A stretch of DNA of 64,000 nucleotides from Pristiophorus japonicus (lineage: Eukaryota). The position numbers were made by a program, and so were the translations under genes. The stretch is from contig NC_091996.1 of the NCBI RefSeq assembly GCF_044704955.1, positions 31,124,001 to 31,188,000 on the forward strand, in the 5' to 3' direction. The notes beneath the pieces were generated by a model. The model was not told the origin of the DNA. It did no database searches and saw only the letters and a program-made list of their open reading frames with translations. Shown here one piece after another: positions 37,369 through 49,600 of the stretch (positions within the stretch are counted from its first letter, which is position 1; each line of letters starts with the position of its first letter).

Positions 37369-38000
37369 GGGCTAGACTTTCCCTAAAGCCCGCCACAGCT
37401 GGATTGCCGCCCAAACAGACTGCTAAGATTCTTCAAATAACACTGGCGAAAAATTCCATGAAAAAGGGAAAAAATACTGCCCTGCAAGAAAATGGATGCT
37501 GCATGTAGATTCTCGGTGGTTTCTTGGCGGTTAAATGTGAAACTTGGCAAAATGGGCGATTCTTACCAGAATGGACGGTAAGTACTCTAGACCGAGGCTG
37601 CGATTGGGCCTTGGGAGGGAGGAAAACTCAATATTTTTTTCAATTAAATAAAAATTTAGAAAACATTCTCAAGACCCTTTTTAACTTAATCGTCGTGAAG
37701 GAATTTTAAAGTAATTATTAAAAAAAACCTTTAACTTGCCTTTCTTTGCAGGGTATTTACCTACCGCCCTGTTTCCGGCAGCTTTTCGTGGGCTGTTTTT
37801 TTCAATCTTACCAATGGGTCCCCGCTGAGGCAAAACTTGGACCGTGGCGGTTTCTCGGCGGTGCACATTGGGCGGTCCGCTCCCCAGCGGTATTTTGAAA
37901 ATGTCGGTGGAACTCTTTTTGTAAAAAAAAAATTAAGAGGAAACTTTTGCCGGGTGGATTTCCGCCGAAAAAGAGCTGTACCGCCGAGAAAACTGCCAAA
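37369..38000. mobile_element. Harbinger-type non-autonomous fragment sharing the TIR of element B
   Basis: TAA|GGGCTAGACTTTCC; CpG-rich body; no right TIR seen. Confidence 0.6.
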
Positions 38001-41000
38001 AATGAAGAGGAGAGTCTATTGTTGCAGAAATGTTTTGTAAAGAAAGAAAATCACAAATTATTATTTTCTTAAATTTCTCAGCCCTTGTTATTCAAAACTC
38101 ATACACTAAACAGATGTATACAAATAAAGAGCTGCTTTTCCATATTACCTGCAGAGATGTAATCTTTACGTAATTTTGGCATGTGAGGGTAGTCAATTTA
38201 ATTACCTGCCTGTAACAGGTAGGGGAAACCTCTACTTTCCAGGAAATAATCAAAAAATACCTACTCTTTTTCCAAATTTTTGATGTGGTAATGTAAACCT
38301 CTTCCCCACTTCCGTACCTCAGCAGCAACCCCTCCTTCTCCCAAATAATATAACCTAACTCATTGTGAGCAATGCCATGGGAGCTTTGGTAGTAATCATT
38401 CTCAGTAATGCTTAGTGTATTTGTTGAGTTCATTTCCTAACTTTGTTGCAGCTGGGTCAGCATATCCATGCTTTGCTGCCAATTAATCAATGATGCAAAC
38501 TTCACCGTGGAGTACAAAATACATATGTAGACCTTGAATATATGCTGAACTAACTAGTCAGTCAGCAGAGATGTGACTTGATCAATGGTATCTCAAGTGA
38601 TTCACTGCTGCGTAAAAAGATTTGCTCTTACAAACAGTTTTTTATTTAACAGACAAAAGCATTAGACCTTGGGGTATGAAAAAATCAGTAATGTTGTCAA
38701 GTTTAATTAATGTTCCATGAGATTCTGGTGCTTTTTGTTTGGAAATCTTTTTAGAAAAATTTAATAACAATTGACTGCTATTCAGATAAATATACTGTTG
38801 ACTGTTAATCATATATTTGGAGCAGTTTGAAACCACAGTGCACAATTATTAACAATATACATGATTCAGACGAGTCATATAAGCCCCATTCTACTGATGA
38901 AGGAAAAGATTACATCTATAATTACTCTGCTTTTCACAATACTTTTATGTTTTGCTTTGGGACTTCCTGAGTTATGTGAAGTGTCTCTTAGCTTTACCTC
39001 TGCAGTGAATCGTGCTTCAAATTGAGGTATGGGTGAGCTAAATTGAACAAAATTCCTTTGCTGAGTCTCCTTATATTTTGTTTTCTTTGTTCAGCCGAAT
39101 TAAATGTTTTAACATTTTATTCACATGTTGCCTCAGTTTGCAAAGTTGCAGTGGGATTAATTGGTGTAAAAGCTGAGGTCTGTCTTTAGCCTGAGGAGGG
39201 TAGGTGTTTTTCAGTAAAACAAAGAAGCTATTGTTTCATCTGTAATTAACATTCGAAGAAAATACTTCAAAATGCTTTAATTTACTGTTGGATAATTAAA
39301 TAAAACTAACCTGCTGACTGGATTTTAGTAAACGTGTACAATTTGTTGCAGAGGATATTCTAATAATGAAATATTCAGGTGACATTGACAGTTCCTGCAG
39401 TAATTCACTATTACTGCACTATTATGCAGATTCAGTAAAGAAAGCTGTACTATTTTCACTTGGGTACTATTGTGGGTGATTGAAATTAAAGTGACGAGTG
39501 AGGACATTTCTTCAATTGGCTTTGCTTAATGCCCAAAATCTGACGTAAGAGAACTTTCTCCTTGTAAATATTATAACATTACTTGGAGTTTTACACCAGC
39601 CTGAAGTGCATGTTCCAGGATCCAAAACACAGATTGAATTCCAAAACTGAAACGAAAGCATGTGAATGTGTTCATTAACTGTTTGAGAATACATTTTTTA
39701 ATTATTGTGTTGAATGACAGAAAATATTTGTTCACTTTACTGCAATAAAACAATAATGTTCTTTATTCACGTGATCACCGAGCTGTAAAATGTAAAAAAA
39801 AAAGCTTCCTCTGGAAAAAGGAAACAAACTGAACTAAAATTCTCATTGATGACAATTATGGATCTAAAACAGTAAGTTTATTATTGTGGTTATGTTTTCC
39901 TTTGAATCAAAGTGCTTTGCTTGCTGTCACTGAAGTTTTTCACGCTGGTGAGGGTAATCGAGTACTTTTGTGTTATCCTAAGATAAACCAAATGACTTTC
40001 TCACCTATATTTACCTTGTGTTGAACACCTTCATTAAACTCTGAATGTGGTGCAGATTATATTCTTTGCTTTACAAAGTAAATATTTACATGGCTTTTTT
40101 TAATTACTGCATTTGTAAAGCTGAGTTTCCGCTTTTGTTCAAAAGTGGCTGAGTAATGTTGCCATACAAATCAGTTTTTGTAACGCAGGCATTTATTTTA
40201 CTGTATATAGTTCTGCTTCATCAATTTAGACATTACTGGCTTTTACAACCGTCCTGTAATATTTTCCTCTTTTCTCTTAACACTTTCCAATGTGATTGCT
40301 GCAGATCTTGCTGTTAATTTCCAAAACATTGACTTTTGTGATGAAGACATATTTAGAAAATCAGCACTAGAGTCTAGAAAATATATCCTTTGGGAATTAA
40401 CAGAGTTTAAAAGTACAGTTGGTCAAAAATCAGATTTACTTGGCAATGCAACCAAGGCTGGACTTCTGCTGAAATAGAACTGCCCGTTTAATTCTCAATT
40501 GTGTCTCCACGAATGTTTAACTTTTACATTTCAGGAGCTGTCATTAAAGTACCGAGCATGTGAAAAAGATCGCAAAAGGAACTATTTAGTTTTGAAGATC
40601 TAGGTTTAAAAGTCAATCATTTTAAATTTACGGATCTTGATTATGCCAGTTCTGGCCAAACTTGAGAGAAGCTCAGTTTACATCATGCTCATGGTTAGGA
40701 GAGCTGATTGAGCAGAGGAAGTGTTCATGTGTTGAAGGGTGACCCTTCAACACATACAGTTCACCACATAAACGCTTAGACTCTTCAATCAGTTCTTGAT
40801 CTACAGCTCCCAATGTAATGTTAGCCTTTTTTGAATTTTGATTTGAGCAATTTATTGCTCCATAAATTAAGCCCAAGTGCATTTTTATCACTGGTATAAT
40901 AGATCTTCAAACTTTTAATTTTTTAAAAATCCATTACTTTCAGAGCTCATTAATGAATACTCCTGTGAAAACGAATCTGTAGCGCTTTGAATCTTTATTT

Positions 41001-41067
41001 TGCAATGTTTGTTTTAAGTTTATTTGCCAAAAGCCAGGAAATGTGTGTGTTGTATTGCTTACCAGTG

Positions 41068-41422
41068 ATGCTCCCTATCTCTGTAATCTCCTCCAGCCCA
41101 ACAACTCTCAGATATCGGCACTCCTTCAATTCTGGCCTTTTGAGCATCCCCGATTTTAATCGCTCCACCATTGGCGGCCATGCCTTCAGCTGCCAAGACA
41201 TTAAACTCTGGAGTTCCCTTCCTGAACCTCTCTGCATCGCTACCTCTCTTTACTCCTTTAAGACGCTCGTTAAAATCTACCTCTTTGTCCAAGCTTTTGG
41301 TCATCTGCCCTAATATCGCCGCCTTTGGCTCGGTCAAATTTTGTTTGATAACGATCCTGTGAAGAAGCTCCTTGGGACATGTTACTATTTTAAAGGTACT
41401 ATATAAATACAAGTTGTTGTTC
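41068..41422 (+). mobile_element. L2 3' end
   Basis: GGHAFSCQDIKLWSSLP; tail ATATAAATACAAGTTGTTGTT. Confidence 0.75.
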
Positions 41423-41971
41423 TGTAGCACGTTACTGTACTATTTAGCTGCTTTTTGTGCATGTTCAGTTTAGTAAATGTAGACTTACAACACAGGACAC
41501 TCGGGTAGTGATCAAAGTTCTCCTTTTAGTTAAGCAAAGATTCATGATTACGTGAGTAATCATTTCCTTTAATAAATGTCTCCATTAACAAGATTGTTTT
41601 ATCTGCTTGTACTACACTGCAGGTCAGATAGTCTTCTCTTAACCAGCACTGCCTGCTTAAAATTCTGCTGCTGTACTTAAAAAAAAAAACTTTTATCGAA
41701 ACGCTGCTAAAATAACAATCAAAGCAAATTCCTTCATGATCTGGTAAAGGATAATGTTTAACCTTGCAGAATGTTCTTTTTGTATCTTTGCCAAAGAATG
41801 AATTGTTAATGAATAGAGTGAGGTCAAAAATGTTTGTTATTTAAAAAAATTCTTAACGTAAATTGTGAAGACATAATGCAGAGCTTTAAAAGCTTGAGCA
41901 TTTTGTAATGTATTCTTTTCTTATGCCTGATTTTTACACAGAGACCTTTTTAAAATGTATAGATTTAACTA

Positions 41972-42416
41972 CAGGCAACTCTCGATTATCCGGATCCCTT
42001 GGGGATTGGGTTATGCCGTGTAAACGATTTCTCCGTTAGAACGAGTTGACATTATAAAGTTAAAACTTCAATAAATAAATACTGTGCAATCAGCTACAAA
42101 CAGTAACAAGGCAGTTAGGTATGGACATTACCAGCATGCATGCAGGTGGCATTAAGGAGGAGATTGTCTAGCTCCGGGGTTCCGGAGCGCGCTGCCTTCC
42201 CTGGCCGAAAGGACTCCGAATGCACCGGCCCGATGCCTTCCCAGACCGAAAGGACTCCGAACGCACCGGCCTGATGCTTTCCCGGGCTGAAAGGATTCCG
42301 ATGTCAGCGGCGGCCGCGAGAGACAGCGATGCAGCAGCGTGCACACATACGGAATTTTAAATGCCGTTACAACGGTTTCCCGTTGCATCCGTGTGCGGAT
42401 AATCGAGAGTTGCCTG
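41972..42416. mobile_element. Tc1/mariner (pogo/Tigger-like) MITE, copy 2, intact ends
   Basis: Perfect 21-bp TIR CAGGCAACTCTCGATTATCCG with TA TSD. Confidence 0.92.
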
Positions 42417-43409
42417 TATTAGAAAATATTCCCTGATGTTTTCCGAGTGAGTAGCTATAGAGATCAACAAGAACCCAGATTTATCACCTGCCCAGGAGAT
42501 TGTGCAGAAGATTTGGAGGCAGATTTTTGCCAGTGTCACTTTCTTGTGGCTGTATGAGAGTTGCCATAATATGGGGCTCAATTTTCCCCAGTCATTTGCG
42601 CTATTTTTTTGGCGCACGCCACTTTTATTGGCAAGTTTTAAAATTAAAGTTTTCCTGAGGAATCTGCGCCGGTGTAACTGAGTTAGTAACGATTTTTTTG
42701 GGTTCGTTTTTTTTTTGACATGGGGGAGTTATCTCATGTCTGCGGCAGTTTTTTTTTACATAATTTTTCAAAGTTTGCCCAAAAATTTTTTATCCTAGGT
42801 CAGCATATCTGGCCACCCCCGAAAAACCTTCTGGTGAGTTAAGAGAAAGCATCGCACATTGAGAAATCGGCCCAGAAAGATGCCATAGTTTTTCATCAAA
42901 GTTTTGGAGGGAAATATGTATGCATAATAAAGATGATTTTTTTAATACCTTACAATGGTGTTGATGGAATTCTGAACTTTACATTTTTTTAAAAATTCAC
43001 ACGCCAGCACTGAACGTCTTCAAACAGGGCTGGAGGGTCGGTGCGTCGGTGGGCAGAATTGGCCCCGGGCCAGGATACAGGGGCTCAGCTGCAAAACAGG
43101 CCGGAGGTGGCGGGGGGGGGGGGGGGCGGGGCGGGGCTGGAAGGTGGCGATCAGAAGAGCGCAATCGTCATCAAATGAGCCCAGATTTTTTTTGGGGGGG
43201 TGGAAGGTGCTGTTGAATGCGATTGGAAGAAGTCACAAGACAGCAATGAGCCTGGGGTGGGGGGGGTTCCCCGATCACTGCGCTGGCTCAGATCTGGGTG
43301 TGGTCCATACAGGCCTTGTGGGGAGAGAGAACAAAGAACCTTGTCCTGCCTTCCTGCCATTTTGAGCTTCTTGCAAAGGTAAAATTTAAGCATCGGGGCA
43401 ATACTGACA

Positions 43410-44579
43410 ATGCCATACCTTGTGCGAGCCTTCTGCATCATGGTGCTGCGGAGGAGACAATTGATTCAATGCCATTGTGTGAGGAACCTCAGAGCCCATA
43501 GGGTGCTGGGCAGGAGGCCTTACCCACCTCTGGTATATCGAGACAGGCGTCCGTACCTGAACCTGAGTAATGCAGACTGTGAAAGAAGGCTGCGTTTCCA
43601 CAAAGAAGTTGTAACTGAGATCTGTGAGTTAGTAAAAGCAGACCTGCAACCTAGAAGCGTCGGGAGGAATGCTTTGTCAGTTGAAGTGAAGGTTACAGCT
43701 GCACTTTCTGTGCATCCGGAAAGTTCCAAGCTACAACTGGGGATGTGTGCACCATTTCTCAACGTGCAACACGTCTGTATTCGGCAGGTGACTGCTACAC
43801 TGTATACCCGGAGGAATGACTACATAAAGTTCCCCATGACTGCCCAGGCAATACGTGACAGGGCTCTGGGCTTCTCCAGGATTGCTGGCTTGCCAAAGGT
43901 ACAAGGCTGCATTGATTGTACCCGCATTGCCTTGCGAGCACCTTTTTGGAGGATTCCGAGATGTACAGGAACAGAAAAGCCTTTCGCTCCATTAATGTAC
44001 AGCTCGTGTGTGACGACATGCATCGCATCATGTCAGTCGATGCAAAATACCCTGGGAGCACCCATGATGCGTTCATCCTACATGAAAGCGCTATATCTGC
44101 CATGTTTCAGCAGCAGCCAGAAGGACAGAGCTGGCTACTGGGAGACAAGGGGTGCGTGCGGCTTTGCCACCTGGCCCATGACGCCTCTACGCGTAACCCG
44201 GATGGAAGCTGACCAGGAATACACATTGCAATGCGTAGCATCATAGAGAGGACCATTAGCATCTTGAAACAGCATTTCCGCTGCCAGGACAATTCCGTAG
44301 GTTACTTGCTATACACCCGAGATTGTCGGTCAGTTCATTGTTGTGTGCTGCATGCTGCACAACTTGGCCATCATGAGGGAGCATTAGTTGGTAGTAGAAG
44401 CCCCACCTGCGGTGAGAGTGGCTGATGATGATGATGATGAGGAAGATGAAGATGACGAGGAAGCCATGCAACTACCTGAACCCGGAGCACGACGGCGGAG
44501 GAGGGTGGTCTGTCGTGCCCCTTTAACGATTGCTCGAGCCTTGCGCCAGCAGCTCATCCGTGAACGCTTTGCTGCCTGA
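43410..44579 (+). pseudogene. Harbinger DDE nuclease (HARBI1-like), frameshifted
   Basis: LSVEVKVTAAL, PKVQGCIDCT, YRNRKAFRSINVQLVCD, YPGSTHDAFIL, WLLGDKG, RSIIERTISILKQHFRC, CCMLHN, acidic tail; spread over several frames. Confidence 0.9.
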
Positions 44580-44929
44580 AGGCTCAGCGGCAACTATTCC
44601 AAATGGACCATGTTTACTGTTTGGATCTGTTCCATAATGTTTTGTGTTGATGGAACAAATGACGGAAATGATTCGGTTATAATTTAAAATATATTTTATT
44701 CAAAAGTTTAACAAACATTTGTACTTAACTTAAAGAAAAATATTCTTGTATCAAACTAAAGTTTTCAGTTAAGACCACATACAAGCTCTTAAGATCACTT
44801 ACTAAATTTAAACTTGTAAATTTACATAACTTACAAAAAACCTAATTTGAGAACAGTTACAACAGTAACAATAATAACAACAACAATAGCAGCAAAGAAA
44901 GGCTGCACCCATCTCTCCTCCACCTTATT

Positions 44930-46111
44930 CTAAGACCGCCCGCCGCGCTCGGTCTTGGTGACTCCAGCACCCCTGCCCGCAGGCGGTGGCACAGTGTTTC
45001 TGGGGTTCGTACCAAGCTTATTCTTTCTAACATCTTGGGTAATGTGCACCTGGTGAGGGGTGCGCGGGGGAGGTGGGGGTGCAGGCGGCAATGTGGAAGG
45101 CCTGGCTTGGGCCTCTTCAGCGGCTGGTCTGGGGATTGGAGTGGGAGTGGCAGTTGATTCTGTCAATGGACACTGTGTCTAGGCGTGTTCCCTTATTGCA
45201 GCAGCTAACTCCAAAATGCCCTCCCTCATGTGCCCTGACAGTGTCTCAATGACCTCAAATATTCCCTCCCTTGTGTTTAACAAAAGTGTTTCAAGTTCTG
45301 TGACATTCCCTCCCTGATGGTCACTGACATGGTTTCAGCTGTCTTGAGATATTCTCTCACTCATGGTCTTGGACATCGTTCCCATTTCTCGTAAGTGTTG
45401 TTACTTCTCCCGCCGTCCTGATACCTCATCACCCACCCCGCTGAAGGTGTCCAGGAGTGATCGTGTAAGGTCAATGCTCTCTGCACTCATTGCCATCATC
45501 TGAACCACATCTGTTGGATCCTGCACCTTAGGAGAGCGCTGTCAAACTCTCCTTCCCCTCCTCATCATGGGTGTCGCTCGCAGCATCCCACTGGGACCCG
45601 CAGCCTCTGACGGTGGGCCACTGGGTGTGGCTCGTTGCATCCCACTGGGACCTGCAGCCTTGGACGGTGGGAAACCATGGAATGTCCCACCAACACAAAC
45701 CACTACTCAGGGAATGAGCGGCGCCTGCACCTCCTCAAAACTGAGTACAACAGTGGGGGCTTCATCCATCCCCTCCCCCTCACCCCCTTGCTCTTGGTCT
45801 GGAAAGTGGGATTGGAAGATGTTCTCTTCAGGCTCGTCCCCTTCTGAATCTTCTGCATCGTAAGGGTTGGCCTCAAATTCTGCAAAATATAACAGAACAG
45901 ACAAATGGTTAGCAGTAGAGGAGGGGGCAGGGTGGGCGGCATGAGTAGGCTCACACAGCGCAGGCAGCAGGCTGATTTGACGGACCACAATGAATGATAG
46001 CACATCGCATCAACCGAAGCGTAGCTGATGGAGATATCCGCATAAACTGAAGCATGGCTAGCCCGTGCAGTACTTAACATTTAGCAAAGCCAGACTGGAA
46101 TTTGCAGGACA

Positions 46112-46152
<41 letters not shown>

Positions 46153-46678
46153 TCTCCCTCTCTCTCTCTCTCTTGAGTGTGGGCCCAGCTCGTGCAGTGG
46201 TGGTTGCTTTTCTCCAGGCAGGACCCATCAAAGCAGCGACCCTCTCTTCCAAGGGTGTCGGTGATTGCAGATTTGCCAGGCCTCCTCCTGTTCAGGTTCT
46301 TTCCCTTTTGCTGTGTGCCACCTTCCTCTGCAAAGATGAAAATACAACTTTTTAGAGAGGGTGTCTTTCTGCTGGCTGGGACATATACAGCTGGTCACAT
46401 TTAAATTGCAATTGCATTGAAAAATGAAAATTTTACTTACACCTAACTACTTGACCAAGGTTCTGCCACTTCTTTTTGCACTGGCCTCCAGATCTTGGGG
46501 TGGTCACCATTGCACAGTAATCTTCTGCAAGTTGGTTCCAGTATTTCTTCATTTCTTTGGGTGGAACTTTTATGTGACCTCTGCTGGTGTCCAGCTCCTG
46601 CCATCTGGCCTCAATCACAGTAACCAGTGCCTTCACTTAATCCTGTAAGAGATTCTTGGTCCTTGCACTGCGTTGCAT
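44930..46678 (-). pseudogene. Harbinger Myb/SANT-like gene, 3 exons (~46678-46441, 46327-46115, 45879-44930)
   Basis: KKYWNQLAEDY..PRSGGQCKKKWQNL; exon 2 TGGG..LEERVAALMG; GTAAGT/GTATGT donors and TTTGCAG acceptors; in-frame stops. Confidence 0.82.
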
Positions 46679-49600
46679 CTTGTATTGCAGCTCCGATTTT
46701 TCCAATGTTCTCACACAGCACTCAGTGTTCTCTCACACACATCTGGCTCTTTAAAAATGGCTGATTGCAGACCGAGAGCTGTACCGTGCACACGCGCCTA
46801 TAGGAATAACATCAAAAACGTCCTTTTTTTTTACGCAGAAGGTGCAGCATCATTTTTTCGATGCATACAGCAGGCTCCACCCCCCACAGCGGGGGAAACT
46901 TGGCACAAATATTTTTGGAGTGTTTCTGGCCTAGAAAAACGGGCTTAACTCTGGCACTATGCCAAAAAAATGGCTTTGGGCAAAATTGAGCCCATGATTT
47001 TCTTTTCCTCATCTGGGATTGTGCCTAACTTTCAATTCAAAAATGAAATTAGCATTTGTTCTGTGGGGAATCCAGAGCCACTCTCTTCCAGTAGATGTAT
47101 ACACTAATAAACTATGATGTGACTGCTGTAAACTTATTGATAAATTATAAGTTTCCATTATAAATGAGAGAATTTTAAAGTTGCATTTGCAATCTGTTAA
47201 ACTCATGGAAGCCTTTTTCCTCAGAAAATAACACACATTTTTTGGAAGCACTGCTCTGTTCTCATTAAGTTGGACTGAACTCCGTGATCCGTTTATATTT
47301 TGAATCTTGAAGATCTAGGCTAATCACTTGAAAAAGACCAGTTTGAACAGGAATATGTGGGAATAGTCTGCCTTTTACTTCGTTTGGAGCTGCTTATGAT
47401 AAGCATGAAGGAAAGTATCACAGCAGCAGTAATTGCGTGTGGCAGTGATGCTGTTATTCATTTATGTTACTGCCAGAAGTCTTGAACAAAGGTAAATTTT
47501 CAAAACCGAAGTTAAAAGAATTAATTCCCTTCCATAAAATAACAGAGACTCATTCAACTGTGCTAACAAGAAATACTGCCTCTTTTGCCACAATTTTTCA
47601 TTTACCTCTTTAAATTTATGTATCATACTGAAATCACAACCCCTTCTCTCCCCCAATAAATTGGAACACTTGTTCATCGGATTAGTGAAGGAAATGTACT
47701 TTGTATTTCTTGTTGCTTTAGAAAGAATTGATGAGATCTTACTGTAAGCTTCTCCAAGTTTTACTTCCTTCTCTCTCTCTTTGTACTGCTGTGTGGAAAG
47801 AATAGATTTCTTTCTAACAAGGGAACTATTGACTCTAAGCAAGTTAATCACAGTCATTGCAAAGACTGATATTTACATTTGAATTGAAGTGGAGTTTAGT
47901 GCACCCCTAATCTTGTTCATACAAGAGCATAGAGTTGTCTGCGTTTGAGATTTAAAGTTTGAATACTTCCTACTTTTCTTACTCTTCACAGCAGCCATTA
48001 GTCTGTAACTAGGAGAGATTTAGGAGCTTCTGTTTTGACATGGTATTTGCTACAATATATCAATCAAATTAAAATTGCAGTACTTCATAATGATCAGAGT
48101 TTAAAAAAAATCAGTGCATTATGTTTTTAAACCATAACATTTACTAGAGTATTCCAAAACGAATCCCTCTACCTTGCTTTTTCTCCATAGCCCTGTATCG
48201 TCCTCTGCTCCACTTTTCCTTTTAAAGGCGCAATCGTCTTTACCTCAAGTACTCCCTGTGGCAAAGCATTCTACACTCTTGAGTAAATCTATGTGTAGTG
48301 GCACAATTTCCCAAGCTTCCTCAGTGGCATTTAGTCAATCCAGCTGCTCCATCATTTGCCTTCAGCTTCCAGTAGTATCTACTTTGTTGTTTAAAAAAAA
48401 TTATTGAAAGAAAAGGTAGAGGGCAAATTTCCAAAGCTTTATTCACGTCAAGTTTATTTGTGTGTGTGTGAAAATCAGGTAGACTTCAAATATGACAGGC
48501 TGAACTGATTACATACCAATTGTAGCCTTTTATGTTTGAAGTATATAAACCGAACTTTTCAGTTGAAAAGTTAAATTGTGTCTAACAGCATTTTAGTTTC
48601 TATATTTTTGAAAATATTTTTACACAAAATGTAAAATGAATTTGAGTCAATTTTCGACTAGACAATTGAAGAAAAGTTTTGCATTTATTTTCTTGATAGG
48701 AAGATACAAAAGAGAGAGTGTTTTTGTTCAATTTAATATGATTCCATATTCTTTGGCCAAAATAAAGAGCAAACAAGTGGAATTTTGAGTGGGATCCCCC
48801 TTCCCCACCTTCAGTGCTATCGAGCTTATTCCTTCCTCAACCCTCACTGCTAATCGACCTCAGCAAACCACGAGTGAGCTAGAATCCCTGCTAACTCTTC
48901 GGGTCGCATACAGAGCGGTGCCACACCAAAGAACCACTTCCCACCCTGACCCCTACCCCCCCCAGTGCTCCAAATACCCAGGATGTCCCTCCAGTTCTAT
49001 TTTAATAAAACGGCCAAACTACGACTTAGTATCAACAACAACTTGGGAGATCTGCTAGTATAGATATGTATACCTATATTATATTAAACATCTTGCATAT
49101 GATTTACACTTCTTGTGTCACTATTTTGAGCAATGCTCTTTATGTCCACATTTCCATAATAGAAAAGACCTTTTAAAATGTAAATATTTCTCAAAGAATC
49201 GTAGAATGGTTACAGCACAGAAGGCGGCCATTCGACCCGTCGAGCCTGTGCGGGCTCTCTGCAACTCCTGACCTGTGATGATGTAGATGCAGGCCTCCTT
49301 GCTCCCTCTCGCCAATTTTACATCCTCTGCCTGTTCTCTGTCTACATTAGCTGCTTACTGGCATGCAACCTGTTACTGTACAGTAGTGCCTCAGTCCCCT
49401 CTTGGCAGTAATTGGGCATTCCCTTGCTCGTTCTAGGCTGCTCTGTACCTTTGGAATCTGGAGCTCAGCACTTTGATTCTGCTTGAGGTTCACTTCTTCA
49501 TGAGCAGCAGTGCGAAAAGTGGCGATGTAAAAGGACAGAACATACATGTGTTGGGCGGTGATGGAAATGTTGTGGGTAGGGGCAGAATAAGGGTCAGAAG

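Larger units (their letters stand above)
42574..46993. mobile_element. Full-length PIF/Harbinger transposon A (4420 bp), coding capacity decayed
   Basis: TIR GGGCTCAATTTT / AAAATTGAGCCC; 3-bp TSD ATG; convergent nuclease and Myb genes. Confidence 0.92.

Noticed and set aside
43410-44246. Possible domesticated HARBI1 gene
   Set aside because: Frameshifted, and enclosed by TIRs and a TSD with a Myb partner: a transposon copy
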